From: Candidatus Daviesbacteria bacterium
GTDB taxonomy: Bacteria; Patescibacteriota; Microgenomatia; Daviesbacterales; UBA10151
Length of the DNA stretch: 64,000 bases
Assembly (NCBI GenBank): GCA_028715175.1
Contig: JAQUSJ010000001.1
Location: 276,550-340,549 of the forward strand
Direction of reading: 5' to 3'
The position numbers and the translations under genes were made by a program. Shown here piece by piece: positions 1 to 9,038 of the stretch (its first letter is position 1; each line of letters begins with the position of its first letter). The notes under the pieces are model-generated. The model was not told the origin of the DNA and did not search any database. It saw only the letters and a list, made by a program, of their open reading frames with translations.

Positions 1-1623
1 ATTTCTTTTCAAAACTATTTCAGGATGTATGAGAAACTAGCCGGTATGACAGGTACTGCGGCGACCGAGGCAGAGGAATTTAATAAAATTTATAAACTTG
101 AGGTTGTGGTAATACCCACAAATAATCCAATGATCAGGATTGACCATCCGGATACAATTTATAAGACTCAAAGTGCGAAATATACTGCTGTTGCCGGTTT
201 AGTTGAGGAATTATACAAAAAAGGCCAGCCTGTTTTAGTTGGAACTACCGCCATTGATAGAAACGAATTCCTTTCCGATCTTCTAAAAAGAAAAGGTATA
301 TCGCATGCTCTTTTGAATGCCAAGAATCATGAGAAAGAAGCGGAAATTATTGCTAAAGCGGGAGAGAAGGGTGCGGTGACTGTTGCCACCAATATGGCAG
401 GCAGGGGGGTAGATATCATTTTAGGCAAAGGTGCTGCTGATCTGGGTGGGCTTTATGTGATTGGGACTGAAAGACATGAATCAAGAAGAATTGATAATCA
501 ATTGCGGGGGAGGTCAGGCCGTCAGGGAGACTTGGGTGAGACCAGGTTTTTTGTATCCCTGGAAGATGATTTGATGAGGATTTTTGGCGGAGAGCAAGTT
601 TCCAAGGTGATGAATTTCTTGAAGATGCCGGAAGATGTGCCTGTGGAACACGGATTAATCTCCAAAGCTATAGAGGGAGCTCAAAAAAAGGTGGAAGGTC
701 ACAATTTTGATATCAGAAAACACACTGTTGAATACGATGATGTGATGAATCAACAGCGAAAAATTATTTATGAGATAAGAAAAAAAGTTTTGGAAACAGC
801 TGAAAAAGTACAAAGCTCTTCTGCTTCGCAGAAAAAAGATTCTTCTTTGAAAGAAGAGGTGCTGGAAAAGATAGCGAGAGAAATCGGGAATATCGTAACT
901 ATCAATTGCGAAGAGGGAGTAAAACCTCAAAAAATCGTGGAAGAGTTTGCAACTATTGTACCGGTAGACGAAAACAGTCAAAGGGAAATTGAAAAAAATA
1001 TTGCTGCGTTTTCCAGAACTGAAGAAATTACAAATTTTCTAACGCAATTATCTAGGAATTTTTACGATCAGAGGGAAAAACAGGTTGGAGAAGATTTAGC
1101 CAGACAAATGGAGGTTTTTGTTTATCTAAATACCATAGATATTTTATGGATTGAGCACTTAGATACGATGGATGATTTGCGTTCCGGAATAGGACTTCGG
1201 GGATATGCTCAAAGAGACCCATTGATTGAATACAAAAGAGAAGGTTTTGATTTGTTTGAGAAATTGATGGTGGAAATAGATTACGAAATTGTTCACAGAA
1301 TCTATAAAGTGGCGGTGCAGGGTCAAACTCCGGTGGTTGAACAAAGACCGGTAGTGGTTGAGGAAAGACATCCGGAAATTGAAACAGGGGTTAAAATTGA
1401 AGCTTTGGAAGAAAAAGAACTGGCAGAAAGTAAACCACTGGATGAAATATTGGAGAAAGAAGGGGGAGTTACCAAGGTTACAATTGAAAGGGACGGGGTT
1501 GTATCCGAACAAGTTTATGGGGGTCAAGGGCAATTAACAAAACCTCATGGTAAGCTAGGTAGAAATGATCCATGCTGGTGTGGTTCCGGAAAAAAGTATA
1601 AACGCTGCCATTACCCGAATTAA
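1..1623 (+). CDS. secA: Preprotein translocase SecA, 3' portion (gene starts upstream of window)
   Basis: Frame is open from nt 1 (..YFRMYEKLAGMTGTAATEAEEFNKIY.., SecA motor domain signature). C-terminal Zn-binding tail CWCGSGKKYKRCH just before the stop. Confidence 0.9.
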   Translation: MSFQNYFRMYEKLAGMTGTAATEAEEFNKIYKLEVVVIPTNNPMIRIDHPDTIYKTQSAKYTAVAGLVEELYKKGQPVLVGTTAIDRNEFLSDLLKRKGISHALLNAKNHEKEAEIIAKAGEKGAVTVATNMAGRGVDIILGKGAADLGGLYVIGTERHESRRIDNQLRGRSGRQGDLGETRFFVSLEDDLMRIFGGEQVSKVMNFLKMPEDVPVEHGLISKAIEGAQKKVEGHNFDIRKHTVEYDDVMNQQRKIIYEIRKKVLETAEKVQSSSASQKKDSSLKEEVLEKIAREIGNIVTINCEEGVKPQKIVEEFATIVPVDENSQREIEKNIAAFSRTEEITNFLTQLSRNFYDQREKQVGEDLARQMEVFVYLNTIDILWIEHLDTMDDLRSGIGLRGYAQRDPLIEYKREGFDLFEKLMVEIDYEIVHRIYKVAVQGQTPVVEQRPVVVEERHPEIETGVKIEALEEKELAESKPLDEILEKEGGVTKVTIERDGVVSEQVYGGQGQLTKPHGKLGRNDPCWCGSGKKYKRCHYPN

Positions 1624-1663
1624 AAATTCGGAGTATCGCTTGCGAGATAGTCGCTCTTAAAAA

Positions 1664-3214
1664 ATGTCACTTAAGAATTGGATAAATTCAAATGGTGTAG
1701 TTTTAATTATTATTCTTATCTACTTTTTAATTTCCATAATAAAAATTGAACACCCGGGGGTTAATAATGACCAATTGATGTTTGTAAATACTGCAACTTT
1801 GCATCCTGACAATCAATTTTTATGGAAAAGCTGGCATGGGATACCGACGATGATCTTTCCTTATATTGGGGCTTTGAAGTCCTATTTTTACATGCCGATT
1901 TTTTATGTTTTTGGTGTGAATATCTGGTCTATCAGATTACCGCAAATTATCCTGATTTCCATTACCTGGATAATTCTTTACAAAGCATTGACGCTGGCTT
2001 TTAATAAGAAGTTAGCACTATTGACAATTTTACTTCTTAGTTTGGATCCCAGTATTATTATTTATTCAAAAACTGACCAGGGCCCGACTGTTTTAGAATT
2101 TTTCTTAAAAGTTTTGGCTGTTTATTTGTTATATCTTTTTATATCTACTAAAAAAAGTATTTATTATTTTAGCATCTACCTTATTTTGGCATTAGGAATT
2201 TTTAATAAATTAAATTTCATCTGGTTTGTGAATGCTTTCATGATTAGTTTCATAATTTTTTATTGGCGAATTTTTTATAACGATTTTAAAAAAGTGGATA
2301 AATTATTCCCATTTTTAATTTTCTGTATACCATATTTTTTCCTGATCAAAATATTTACTAAAATTTCCAGGGAAGTAGTATTAAGCTATAAGGATTTTAC
2401 CGATCCGGTTGCTTTATCCAATGTCTTTAATAATCTGTTAATTTTTTATAATAATTTAATAAACATTATCAATGGAAATATCTTTTATAATATAATCTAC
2501 GGGTACAGTCCAACACCTTTAGGCATTTATTTTAGCGGTTTAATTTTACTAATTTTGTTTATTGGCATCTATTATTTAATCGCTAAACATAAAGAACCTT
2601 TGAGACCATTCTATTTCTTTTCATCCCTTGTGTTATTAACTATCCTGCAACTTCTTTTGACAAAAAAGGCTATCTCTGTCTGGCACGCTTTATCTATTTA
2701 TCCTTTCTTTGTCGTAATTTTGGCTTTGGCAATCTTACAATTTAAAAAGAATATTTTTTTGGCTTTGGTTGGAATAATAATTTCTTATCAAATCATCGTG
2801 AATCTAATATATTTTGATACTTATTCCAAACCCACAAAATTAGTGGCTTATACATCAGCAATTTACGATTTGATTGATTTTGCCAAAGTTACAAAAGCAA
2901 ACTTTGTTTGTTTGGATGTTGATATTTGTAATCAACTATTAAGTTTTAATCAGGAAGTGAAAAAATACCAAGAGCCTTTCTTTTTCCTGGATCCGCCCAC
3001 ATACACCTATTCATTTATAAAATTAGCCGGAAATTTTAGCAGACCTGAAGAATTTTTATATGTAGCCCATGGAGATTCAAACTCGCATTTTCCAAATTTG
3101 AAAAAGGAATTCTTTAAATATCTGGATGATAATAAGATAAATTATAAAAAAGTTAAGGAGTTTAAAGATGGTGATATTAATATAGCCTTTGAAATTTACG
3201 AGGTTGGCAAATGA
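1664..3214 (+). CDS. Polytopic membrane protein, probable GT-C fold glycosyltransferase (ArnT/PMT_2-like)
   Basis: 516 aa, >10 hydrophobic helices. 'IRLPQIILISITWIILY' followed by 'LLSLDPSIIIYSKTDQGP' resembles the ArnT RLP / YSR loop arrangement. Stop overlaps the next start (ATGA). Confidence 0.45.
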   Translation: MSLKNWINSNGVVLIIILIYFLISIIKIEHPGVNNDQLMFVNTATLHPDNQFLWKSWHGIPTMIFPYIGALKSYFYMPIFYVFGVNIWSIRLPQIILISITWIILYKALTLAFNKKLALLTILLLSLDPSIIIYSKTDQGPTVLEFFLKVLAVYLLYLFISTKKSIYYFSIYLILALGIFNKLNFIWFVNAFMISFIIFYWRIFYNDFKKVDKLFPFLIFCIPYFFLIKIFTKISREVVLSYKDFTDPVALSNVFNNLLIFYNNLINIINGNIFYNIIYGYSPTPLGIYFSGLILLILFIGIYYLIAKHKEPLRPFYFFSSLVLLTILQLLLTKKAISVWHALSIYPFFVVILALAILQFKKNIFLALVGIIISYQIIVNLIYFDTYSKPTKLVAYTSAIYDLIDFAKVTKANFVCLDVDICNQLLSFNQEVKKYQEPFFFLDPPTYTYSFIKLAGNFSRPEEFLYVAHGDSNSHFPNLKKEFFKYLDDNKINYKKVKEFKDGDINIAFEIYEVGK

Positions 3215-4053
3215 ATCAGGGAATTACCGAATTAACTAAAGAATGGGTGGCTAAAAGATTACCCAAAAGGTCTAAGGATGCCAATAAGGGGACATTTGGC
3301 AAAATTTTAGTTGTTGCTGGATCAGAGAGATACCCTGGAGCAGCGTATCTTTCTTGCGCTGCAGCTTACAGAGTAGGAGCAGGTTTGGTAACTTTAGCAA
3401 CAGAGGAAGAAACGAAGATTATAATCTCCAGGAAATTATCTGAAGTGACTTTTTTATCACGGGATGAAGTGCTCAAAAAAATAGATGAGTATGATGTTTT
3501 GCTGATTGGTCCGGGTTTGGGGCAAAGCGATCAAATAGTAAAACTGGTGGAGCAAATTTTAAGCCGTAACTTGTCGCCGACAGTCGTTGACGGTGACGGG
3601 TTAAATATCCTGTTTAAAATGGAGAAATGGTGGGAAAGGATAGACGGAGCAGTCGTATTGACACCTCATCCTGGCGAGATGTCCAGGTTGACAGGTTTAT
3701 CTATAGAAGAAATTCAAAAAAATAGATTAAATACCGCTCAAAGTTTTGCCAAAAAATGGAATCAAGTGGTAGTTTTGAAAGGAGCAAATACTGTGATTGC
3801 CCCGTCACAAGGCGGGGTTGTGGTTAGTCCGTTTGCAAATCCGGCATTAGCTACTGCCGGAACCGGAGATGTACTCGCAGGAGCGATAGCCGGTTTATTG
3901 GCTCAAAGTTTAAAGCCATTTGATGCCGCTGGTGTCGGGGTGTATGTTCATGGGATGGCGGGGGATAAACTCAGAGAAAAAATAGGTAATACGGGTGCTT
4001 TGGCTAGTGATCTTTTATCACTTTTACCTCAAATTATTAAGGATTTAAGATAA
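3211..4053 (+). CDS. nnrD: ADP-dependent NAD(P)H-hydrate dehydratase (YjeF C-terminal carbohydrate-kinase-like domain only)
   Basis: Motifs VVAGSERYPGAAYLS, LLIGPGLG, VLTPHPGEMSRL, ATAGTGDVLAG typical of YjeF_C/Nnr dehydratase. No N-terminal epimerase domain. Confidence 0.75.
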   Translation: MNQGITELTKEWVAKRLPKRSKDANKGTFGKILVVAGSERYPGAAYLSCAAAYRVGAGLVTLATEEETKIIISRKLSEVTFLSRDEVLKKIDEYDVLLIGPGLGQSDQIVKLVEQILSRNLSPTVVDGDGLNILFKMEKWWERIDGAVVLTPHPGEMSRLTGLSIEEIQKNRLNTAQSFAKKWNQVVVLKGANTVIAPSQGGVVVSPFANPALATAGTGDVLAGAIAGLLAQSLKPFDAAGVGVYVHGMAGDKLREKIGNTGALASDLLSLLPQIIKDLR

Positions 4054-4079
4054 ATAGTTAAATATTTATTATTAACCTA

Positions 4080-4108
4080 TTGACAATTATATTAACCAGT
4101 GATAATTA
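4080..4108 (+). promoter_or_regulatory. Sigma70-like promoter candidate for the GS-family gene
   Basis: TTGACA (4080-4085), 17-nt spacer, GATAAT (4103-4108), 9 nt upstream of the ATG at 4118, in a 64-nt AT-rich intergenic region. Confidence 0.4.
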
Positions 4109-4117
4109 TGTTCCATA

Positions 4118-5557
4118 ATGCAAGATGATAATACCCAATTAAAAAACTTCCTGGAAATTCCTTATGAAGAGCTTGAAGAGATGAATCTTAAGGCTAAGGA
4201 AAAACAACAAGTTGCGGATCCGCAACTGCTGGAGAAAGAATATCGCCTTTATTTACAGAAAGAAAAACGGATTAAAGCAATCACTTTATGTTTCACAGAC
4301 ATTGAAGGCAGATTTCATATGCTGGATTATGATAAAAAATATCTACTGGAATCTGCTTCAAATTTAACTTTTGACGGTTCTTCGATAAGAGGTTTTACTG
4401 CCCAGCGCGAATCAGACTTAAGACTTCGGGTTGACTGGCCAAGTTTAATCTGGCTTCCTTCTGATGTCTTTGGCTGTGGCAAGATCGTGATGTTTGCGGA
4501 TGTATTGGGAAGGGACGGGACTTCTTACATCTCGGATTTCAGGGGTCAATTAAAATTATATACTCAAGAACTGAAGAAAAAAGAGGGTATTAATGCATAT
4601 ACCGCAACGGAAACCGAAGGATTTTTGGTAGAAGGAGTAGGCGCAGAACAAAGTTTTGATGAAGATATCGGCTTTAAATTAATTTCAACAGGCGGTTATT
4701 ATCACTCTCTGCCGCTGGATAAATTGCGAAGATTTATAGATGCATCGGCAGAGGCGCAAAGGGCAATGGGTTTTAAAAATGAGAAAGATCACCCGGAAGT
4801 AGCCCCTTCGCAATTCGAATTGAATTTTGGTTATACCGAGGTTGTTCGAGCCTGTGATCAAATTCAGCTTTATAAATTAGTATGCAGGCAAGTTGCCAAT
4901 AATATGGGGTTAACAGCCACTTTTTTACCAAAACCAATCACTAACATAAATGGTTCCGGTATGCACACTAATTTTTCTCTAGCTAAGAATGGTAAAAATA
5001 TCTTTTATCAAAAAGACGGACAAGACGGATTATCGGAGCTTGCCTGGGATTTTATCTTAAAGATTTTAAACCATGCTCCTGAAATTTCCTTAGTGTTTGG
5101 TTCGTCAGTTAATGCATACAGAAGATTAGACCCGCACTTTGAAGCTCCAAACCAAATTAAAGTTTCACCAATTGATAGAGGGGCGATGATCAGGATCCCG
5201 GCCGGTAATGAAAAAACAGCCAGGATTGAAATTAGGGCTGTGGCGCCGGATGCAAACCCTTACCTTGTTCTTTATACGATTTTAAAAACGGGATTGGAAG
5301 GTAAAAAACTTGCTCAACCAAAACGGAGAAGAAATAGGTTAAGATTCTTGCCTGGAACAATTAATGACGCGATCAGGCTTTTTAGGACAAGTAATTTTAT
5401 AGGGAAAATTTTAGGTGAGGAAAATAAACAAAAATATTTGTTTTTTAAAGATGTAGTGGCAGATAGAAGTCCTAAAGAACTTGGGAAAAAAGTTAAAACA
5501 TCGGAAATTATTTACCACCATGAAGTAACCAATCAGGTATTGTGGAATAATTTTTGA
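4118..5557 (+). CDS. glnA: Glutamine synthetase family protein (type I-like, 479 aa)
   Basis: N-terminal beta-grasp region (ITLCFTDIEGRFHMLDY..FDGSSIRGF). Catalytic-domain motifs NGSGMHTNFSL and MIRIPAGNEKTARIEIRAVAPDANPYL. Confidence 0.65.
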   Translation: MQDDNTQLKNFLEIPYEELEEMNLKAKEKQQVADPQLLEKEYRLYLQKEKRIKAITLCFTDIEGRFHMLDYDKKYLLESASNLTFDGSSIRGFTAQRESDLRLRVDWPSLIWLPSDVFGCGKIVMFADVLGRDGTSYISDFRGQLKLYTQELKKKEGINAYTATETEGFLVEGVGAEQSFDEDIGFKLISTGGYYHSLPLDKLRRFIDASAEAQRAMGFKNEKDHPEVAPSQFELNFGYTEVVRACDQIQLYKLVCRQVANNMGLTATFLPKPITNINGSGMHTNFSLAKNGKNIFYQKDGQDGLSELAWDFILKILNHAPEISLVFGSSVNAYRRLDPHFEAPNQIKVSPIDRGAMIRIPAGNEKTARIEIRAVAPDANPYLVLYTILKTGLEGKKLAQPKRRRNRLRFLPGTINDAIRLFRTSNFIGKILGEENKQKYLFFKDVVADRSPKELGKKVKTSEIIYHHEVTNQVLWNNF

Positions 5558-5589
5558 GTGTAACGAAAAAATAGTCCTACGGTTTATTT

Positions 5590-7227
5590 TTAATCTACAT
5601 ACCCCCACATTGGATCGGTCAAATTAGTATTTGGTGTTTGGCAACTTTTTTGGATAGTTTCTTTTGGTGGAATTTTAGTTGGAGGAATTATTCCAATATG
5701 TCCAAATTTATATTTTACTTCTTTAGATAATTCTTCCGGGATGACAATGTTGTAAACAGGGACATCTATTGAAGGGTGCACAAGATGCAATTTATTTAAA
5801 TAGAAGAAGTACCGGAATCCGACGTTCTCTCCGGGCCTTGTTATATAGGTAATTCCGATACAAGGATAACCTTGGATTTTAACATCCTGCTCTATAAAAT
5901 TTGTTACTGCTTTGCGGTCTAAATACCCTATTTGATAAGGGTTTGAATTTACAAAAAATAAAATATTTTTAACTAAAATAAGTCCAAAAATAAAAACGGT
6001 TAAGCCTAGTCCCGGTTTTCCAGATTTTATTAAAAGAGCAAAAATCAAACTAACGATAGTTAATAATATAACTTCAAGATTTGCGAAATAATATTCAGAA
6101 ATTTGGGTACGGGAAAAAGAAAAGAATAATATAATACTTGCTAACCATATGAAAATTATTAAAACCTCCCTGATTTTTATTTGGCGATATTTAATAAGCA
6201 AAAAAACTGAAGAGAGTATTATAAATAAAAATGGCAGTCTTAAAGTTGAAGGTATCGATTGAGGAGATAAAAACAGGTTCTCGGTATTTTTAGAAATCAT
6301 TTCCAAAACTAACATTAATTTGCGCAAGCCAATTTCCCCTTCTTTTGTAGAGGATAAATTTATGAATAAACCCTGAGTTTGTATGAAGCGGTGTTTTACT
6401 TCAAATAATATAAGCGGTGAGGAGGTGATTAAGAGGGTTGTAAAAAATAGTATTGTTTGTTTTAAATTAGGTAGTTTACGGGCAAAAAATAAGGCAGCAG
6501 GAATTGCTAAAAGTGCAGGAAGCAGAGCTATGTGTATATGCCAAATTAATCCGATTAAAATTCCCAAAATAGGTAAAAGTGAAAAGTTCCCCCGGCTTAT
6601 CATTATTAGCGTATAGAAATACCAGATAGCCCAAAGTTTGGTTGGAAGTGTGGGAACTATCCATCGATCAAACCCTACGGTTGAAAGAAGTACTGCATGT
6701 AAAAAAGCTGCCAATATCCCGACTGTTTTATTAAATAATTTGGTTAAGATAAAATAATAACTTAGTATTGTTAAGACTCCTATTAAAACCCCAAGTCCAA
6801 AAACCCCAATAGGATCCATTTTTGATACTAAGAAAAAGGGGATCAATAAGTAATAAAACAAGCCTCCAATAAAGATACCGGGAACAGAAGTAAGCTGGCC
6901 AATCAAACGAAAATGGTGATTTACTACAATATCTTTAACAATCCAGGAATAAAGATCGCCGTCGTGAGCAAATTCAAACCGTTCGACTATTTTATAAGTT
7001 CTAAAAAATAATCCAATGATCAGGATAAAAATTAAGACGAGCAAGTACGGTTTTTTCTTAAAATATGAAATTACAGAGGACATACTTAATGATAGTAGCA
7101 GTTGCGATTTGAATGTGCAATTGACGCTTTGCGTCATCTCGCTCTTGTATCGGGATCCAAAAAAAATTATTATATGGGTCCCTGCTTTCGTAGGAATGAC
7201 AAAGGAGTAATATGTTAGTAAAAGCAA
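5590..7227 (-). CDS. GT-C glycosyltransferase, ArnT-like subfamily A paralog (true start probably at the Met near 7083)
   Basis: HDGDLYSWIVKDIVVNHHFRLIGQLTSVPGIFIGGLFYY.. and FDRWIVPTLPTKLWAIWYFY are collinear with 9039-10562 and the C-terminal half of 26812-28983. Polytopic membrane protein. Confidence 0.65.
   Translation of the reverse strand: MLLLTYYSFVIPTKAGTHIIIFFGSRYKSEMTQSVNCTFKSQLLLSLSMSSVISYFKKKPYLLVLIFILIIGLFFRTYKIVERFEFAHDGDLYSWIVKDIVVNHHFRLIGQLTSVPGIFIGGLFYYLLIPFFLVSKMDPIGVFGLGVLIGVLTILSYYFILTKLFNKTVGILAAFLHAVLLSTVGFDRWIVPTLPTKLWAIWYFYTLIMISRGNFSLLPILGILIGLIWHIHIALLPALLAIPAALFFARKLPNLKQTILFFTTLLITSSPLILFEVKHRFIQTQGLFINLSSTKEGEIGLRKLMLVLEMISKNTENLFLSPQSIPSTLRLPFLFIILSSVFLLIKYRQIKIREVLIIFIWLASIILFFSFSRTQISEYYFANLEVILLTIVSLIFALLIKSGKPGLGLTVFIFGLILVKNILFFVNSNPYQIGYLDRKAVTNFIEQDVKIQGYPCIGITYITRPGENVGFRYFFYLNKLHLVHPSIDVPVYNIVIPEELSKEVKYKFGHIGIIPPTKIPPKETIQKSCQTPNTNLTDPMWGYVD
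7175..7205 (+). promoter_or_regulatory. Conserved leader hairpin motif, copy 1: stem TCCCTGC / GTAGGAA, loop TTTC, followed by TGACAA and SD AGGAG
   Basis: Near-identical element at 18668-18698 (23/31 identities) with one compensatory C-G to U-A stem pair. Lies 7 nt upstream of the 7212 start. Confidence 0.4.
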
Positions 7228-7964
7228 TTAAAACCCGTAAATTTCTGCCGCCAAAAGACGATTTATGGGAACTGCTTTCAGAAATAAAGTCTTTAAAAGA
7301 AAACTGCGTTGTAGCAGTGACGTCTAAAGTAGTGGCAGTCGGCGAAGGTAGGTGTATTCCATTAAATAAGATAACTAAGGATGAGCTAGCAATACAAGAA
7401 TCCGATAAATATATCCCCAGAGAATTATCTCCCGGAGGACACATCTTACATACAATTAAAGATAATATGCTGATAGCGTCTGCAGGTATAGATGAAAGTA
7501 ATGGTGCCGGTTTCTATATCCTCTGGCCAAAAAATCCAAAACTTTCTGCAAGAAAAATTTGGAATTTTCTAAAAAAGAAATTTAAAGTAAAAAACCTTGG
7601 AGTGATTATAACCGATTCAAGGTTAGTGCCGCTCCGGCGGGGGGTTGTTGGAATAGCTATCGGGTATTTCGGTTTTAAACCTCTAAAAGATTACCGTAAA
7701 ACCAAAGATATTTTCGGAAGAGAATTCGAAATGGAAACCTCAAACCTTCCTGATAGTTTAGCAACTGCGGCGGTACTGGTAATGGGAGAAGGATCTGAAA
7801 TGCAACCGATTGCAATCCTGGAAGACATCCCCGGCTTAAAATTTTTACAAAAAGAATTTAAACCAAAGACTGAATATGATGATTTTGAAATTCCCGAAAA
7901 AGAAGATATGTTTTATCCATTTTTATCTTCAGTTAAATGGCAAAAAGGCGGAGGCGGAAAATAA
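7212..7964 (+). CDS. CofE-like F420-0:gamma-glutamyl ligase family protein
   Basis: 250 aa with ASAGIDESNGAGFYILWP (CofE 'GIDxSN' signature) and glycine-rich VGIAIGYFGF segment. SD AGGAG upstream. Confidence 0.55.
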   Translation: MLVKAIKTRKFLPPKDDLWELLSEIKSLKENCVVAVTSKVVAVGEGRCIPLNKITKDELAIQESDKYIPRELSPGGHILHTIKDNMLIASAGIDESNGAGFYILWPKNPKLSARKIWNFLKKKFKVKNLGVIITDSRLVPLRRGVVGIAIGYFGFKPLKDYRKTKDIFGREFEMETSNLPDSLATAAVLVMGEGSEMQPIAILEDIPGLKFLQKEFKPKTEYDDFEIPEKEDMFYPFLSSVKWQKGGGGK

Positions 7965-8071
7965 ATTTTAGGATACTCTGTTCACATTAAACCCTTCGGC
8001 ATTGCTCAGGGTTATAACATACGGTTGTAGCATTAATGTCAAGTTGTATTACGAGAAACCGTGAGGATATA

Positions 8072-9001
8072 TTACCTGGAGGGTGTAAAGCTGGATTGGA
8101 AGAAGGCGATCGTTTTTTTGAGGCCTTCATCCAAGCCTACTTTTGCACTCCAGCCCAGTTCTTTTTTAATCTTTTCAGATGATGCAACCAGTGAAGGTAC
8201 GTCACCTTTTCTTTTCCCCTTATCATCAATCGGAATTTCGTATCCAACCAGTTCGAAAATTTTCTTGACCACATCAGCGACTTTTACTCCCGTTTCCGTT
8301 CCTACATTATAAATATGTAAGCCCTGTAAAGGCAGGGCAAGGATATGAGCTGCTGCTAAATCATCAATATAAATGAAATCCCTTACTTGTTCTCCTTTCC
8401 AAAAAAGAGGAACAGGTTGTTTCGATAAAATTGCTTTGACAAAATTTGGTATGGCATGGGTTTCCGGCTCATGCAGCTCTCCCGGGCCATAAGGATTAAA
8501 ATAACGCAAAATTGTGACATCAAAATTAAACAAATTATGGTAAAGTTTACAGAAAGCCTCCATGGTTATTTTGGTTATCCCGTAGGGATTTTCCTGTTCT
8601 CCTAATGGGTCATCTTCCGTGATGGGTAACTTTTTCGGAACACCATACACACAAGCGCTTGAAGAAAAAACAATCTTTTTAACACCTGCATTTTTCATAG
8701 CCTCCAATAATTTGATTGTTCCGACGATATTGTTTTGGGCAAATTCTACAGGTTTTTTAACAGATTCACCTACTTCAATGAAAGAGGCCATATGAATGAC
8801 CGCATCATGTCCGGCCAAAATTTCTTCCAGTTGTTTTTGATCTTCTAAACTGACTTGGTGGAAACTTGCTCTTTGATCCAAAGAGTCTTTGTGCCCTTTT
8901 GATAAATTATCGACCACGATTACTTTATGCCCTTGATTGAGTAACAATTCATTGACATGAGATCCGATAAAACCGGCTCCACCTGTAACAACAATTTTCA
9001 T
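8072..9001 (-). CDS. galE: UDP-glucose 4-epimerase / NAD-dependent sugar epimerase
   Basis: MKIVVTGGAGFIGSH Rossmann start, SSSACVYG and YxxxK (YGITKITMEAF) of the SDR epimerase family. 309 aa. Confidence 0.8.
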   Translation of the reverse strand: MKIVVTGGAGFIGSHVNELLLNQGHKVIVVDNLSKGHKDSLDQRASFHQVSLEDQKQLEEILAGHDAVIHMASFIEVGESVKKPVEFAQNNIVGTIKLLEAMKNAGVKKIVFSSSACVYGVPKKLPITEDDPLGEQENPYGITKITMEAFCKLYHNLFNFDVTILRYFNPYGPGELHEPETHAIPNFVKAILSKQPVPLFWKGEQVRDFIYIDDLAAAHILALPLQGLHIYNVGTETGVKVADVVKKIFELVGYEIPIDDKGKRKGDVPSLVASSEKIKKELGWSAKVGLDEGLKKTIAFFQSSFTPSR

Positions 9002-9038
9002 GTAAATATTTTAATATAACTAGTCTTGTTTATCTACT

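Noticed and set aside
655-1533. Antisense ORFs inside secA (655-981, 1159-1533) and similar nested or antisense ORFs (6383-6664, 8061-8312, 12739-12969, 15386-15727, 16177-16743, 17363-17717, 20100-20869, 30546-31084, 33367-34092, 54291-54752 and others)
   Set aside because: They lie fully within well-supported genes on the opposite strand or in another frame, have low-complexity or hydrophobic artefact composition, and show no motifs. They are typical spurious ORFs of AT-rich DNA.
1624-1663. Possible terminator hairpin after secA (TCGCTTGCGA)
   Set aside because: Only a 4-bp stem with a 2-nt loop is possible, and there is no T-tract; not a credible intrinsic terminator.
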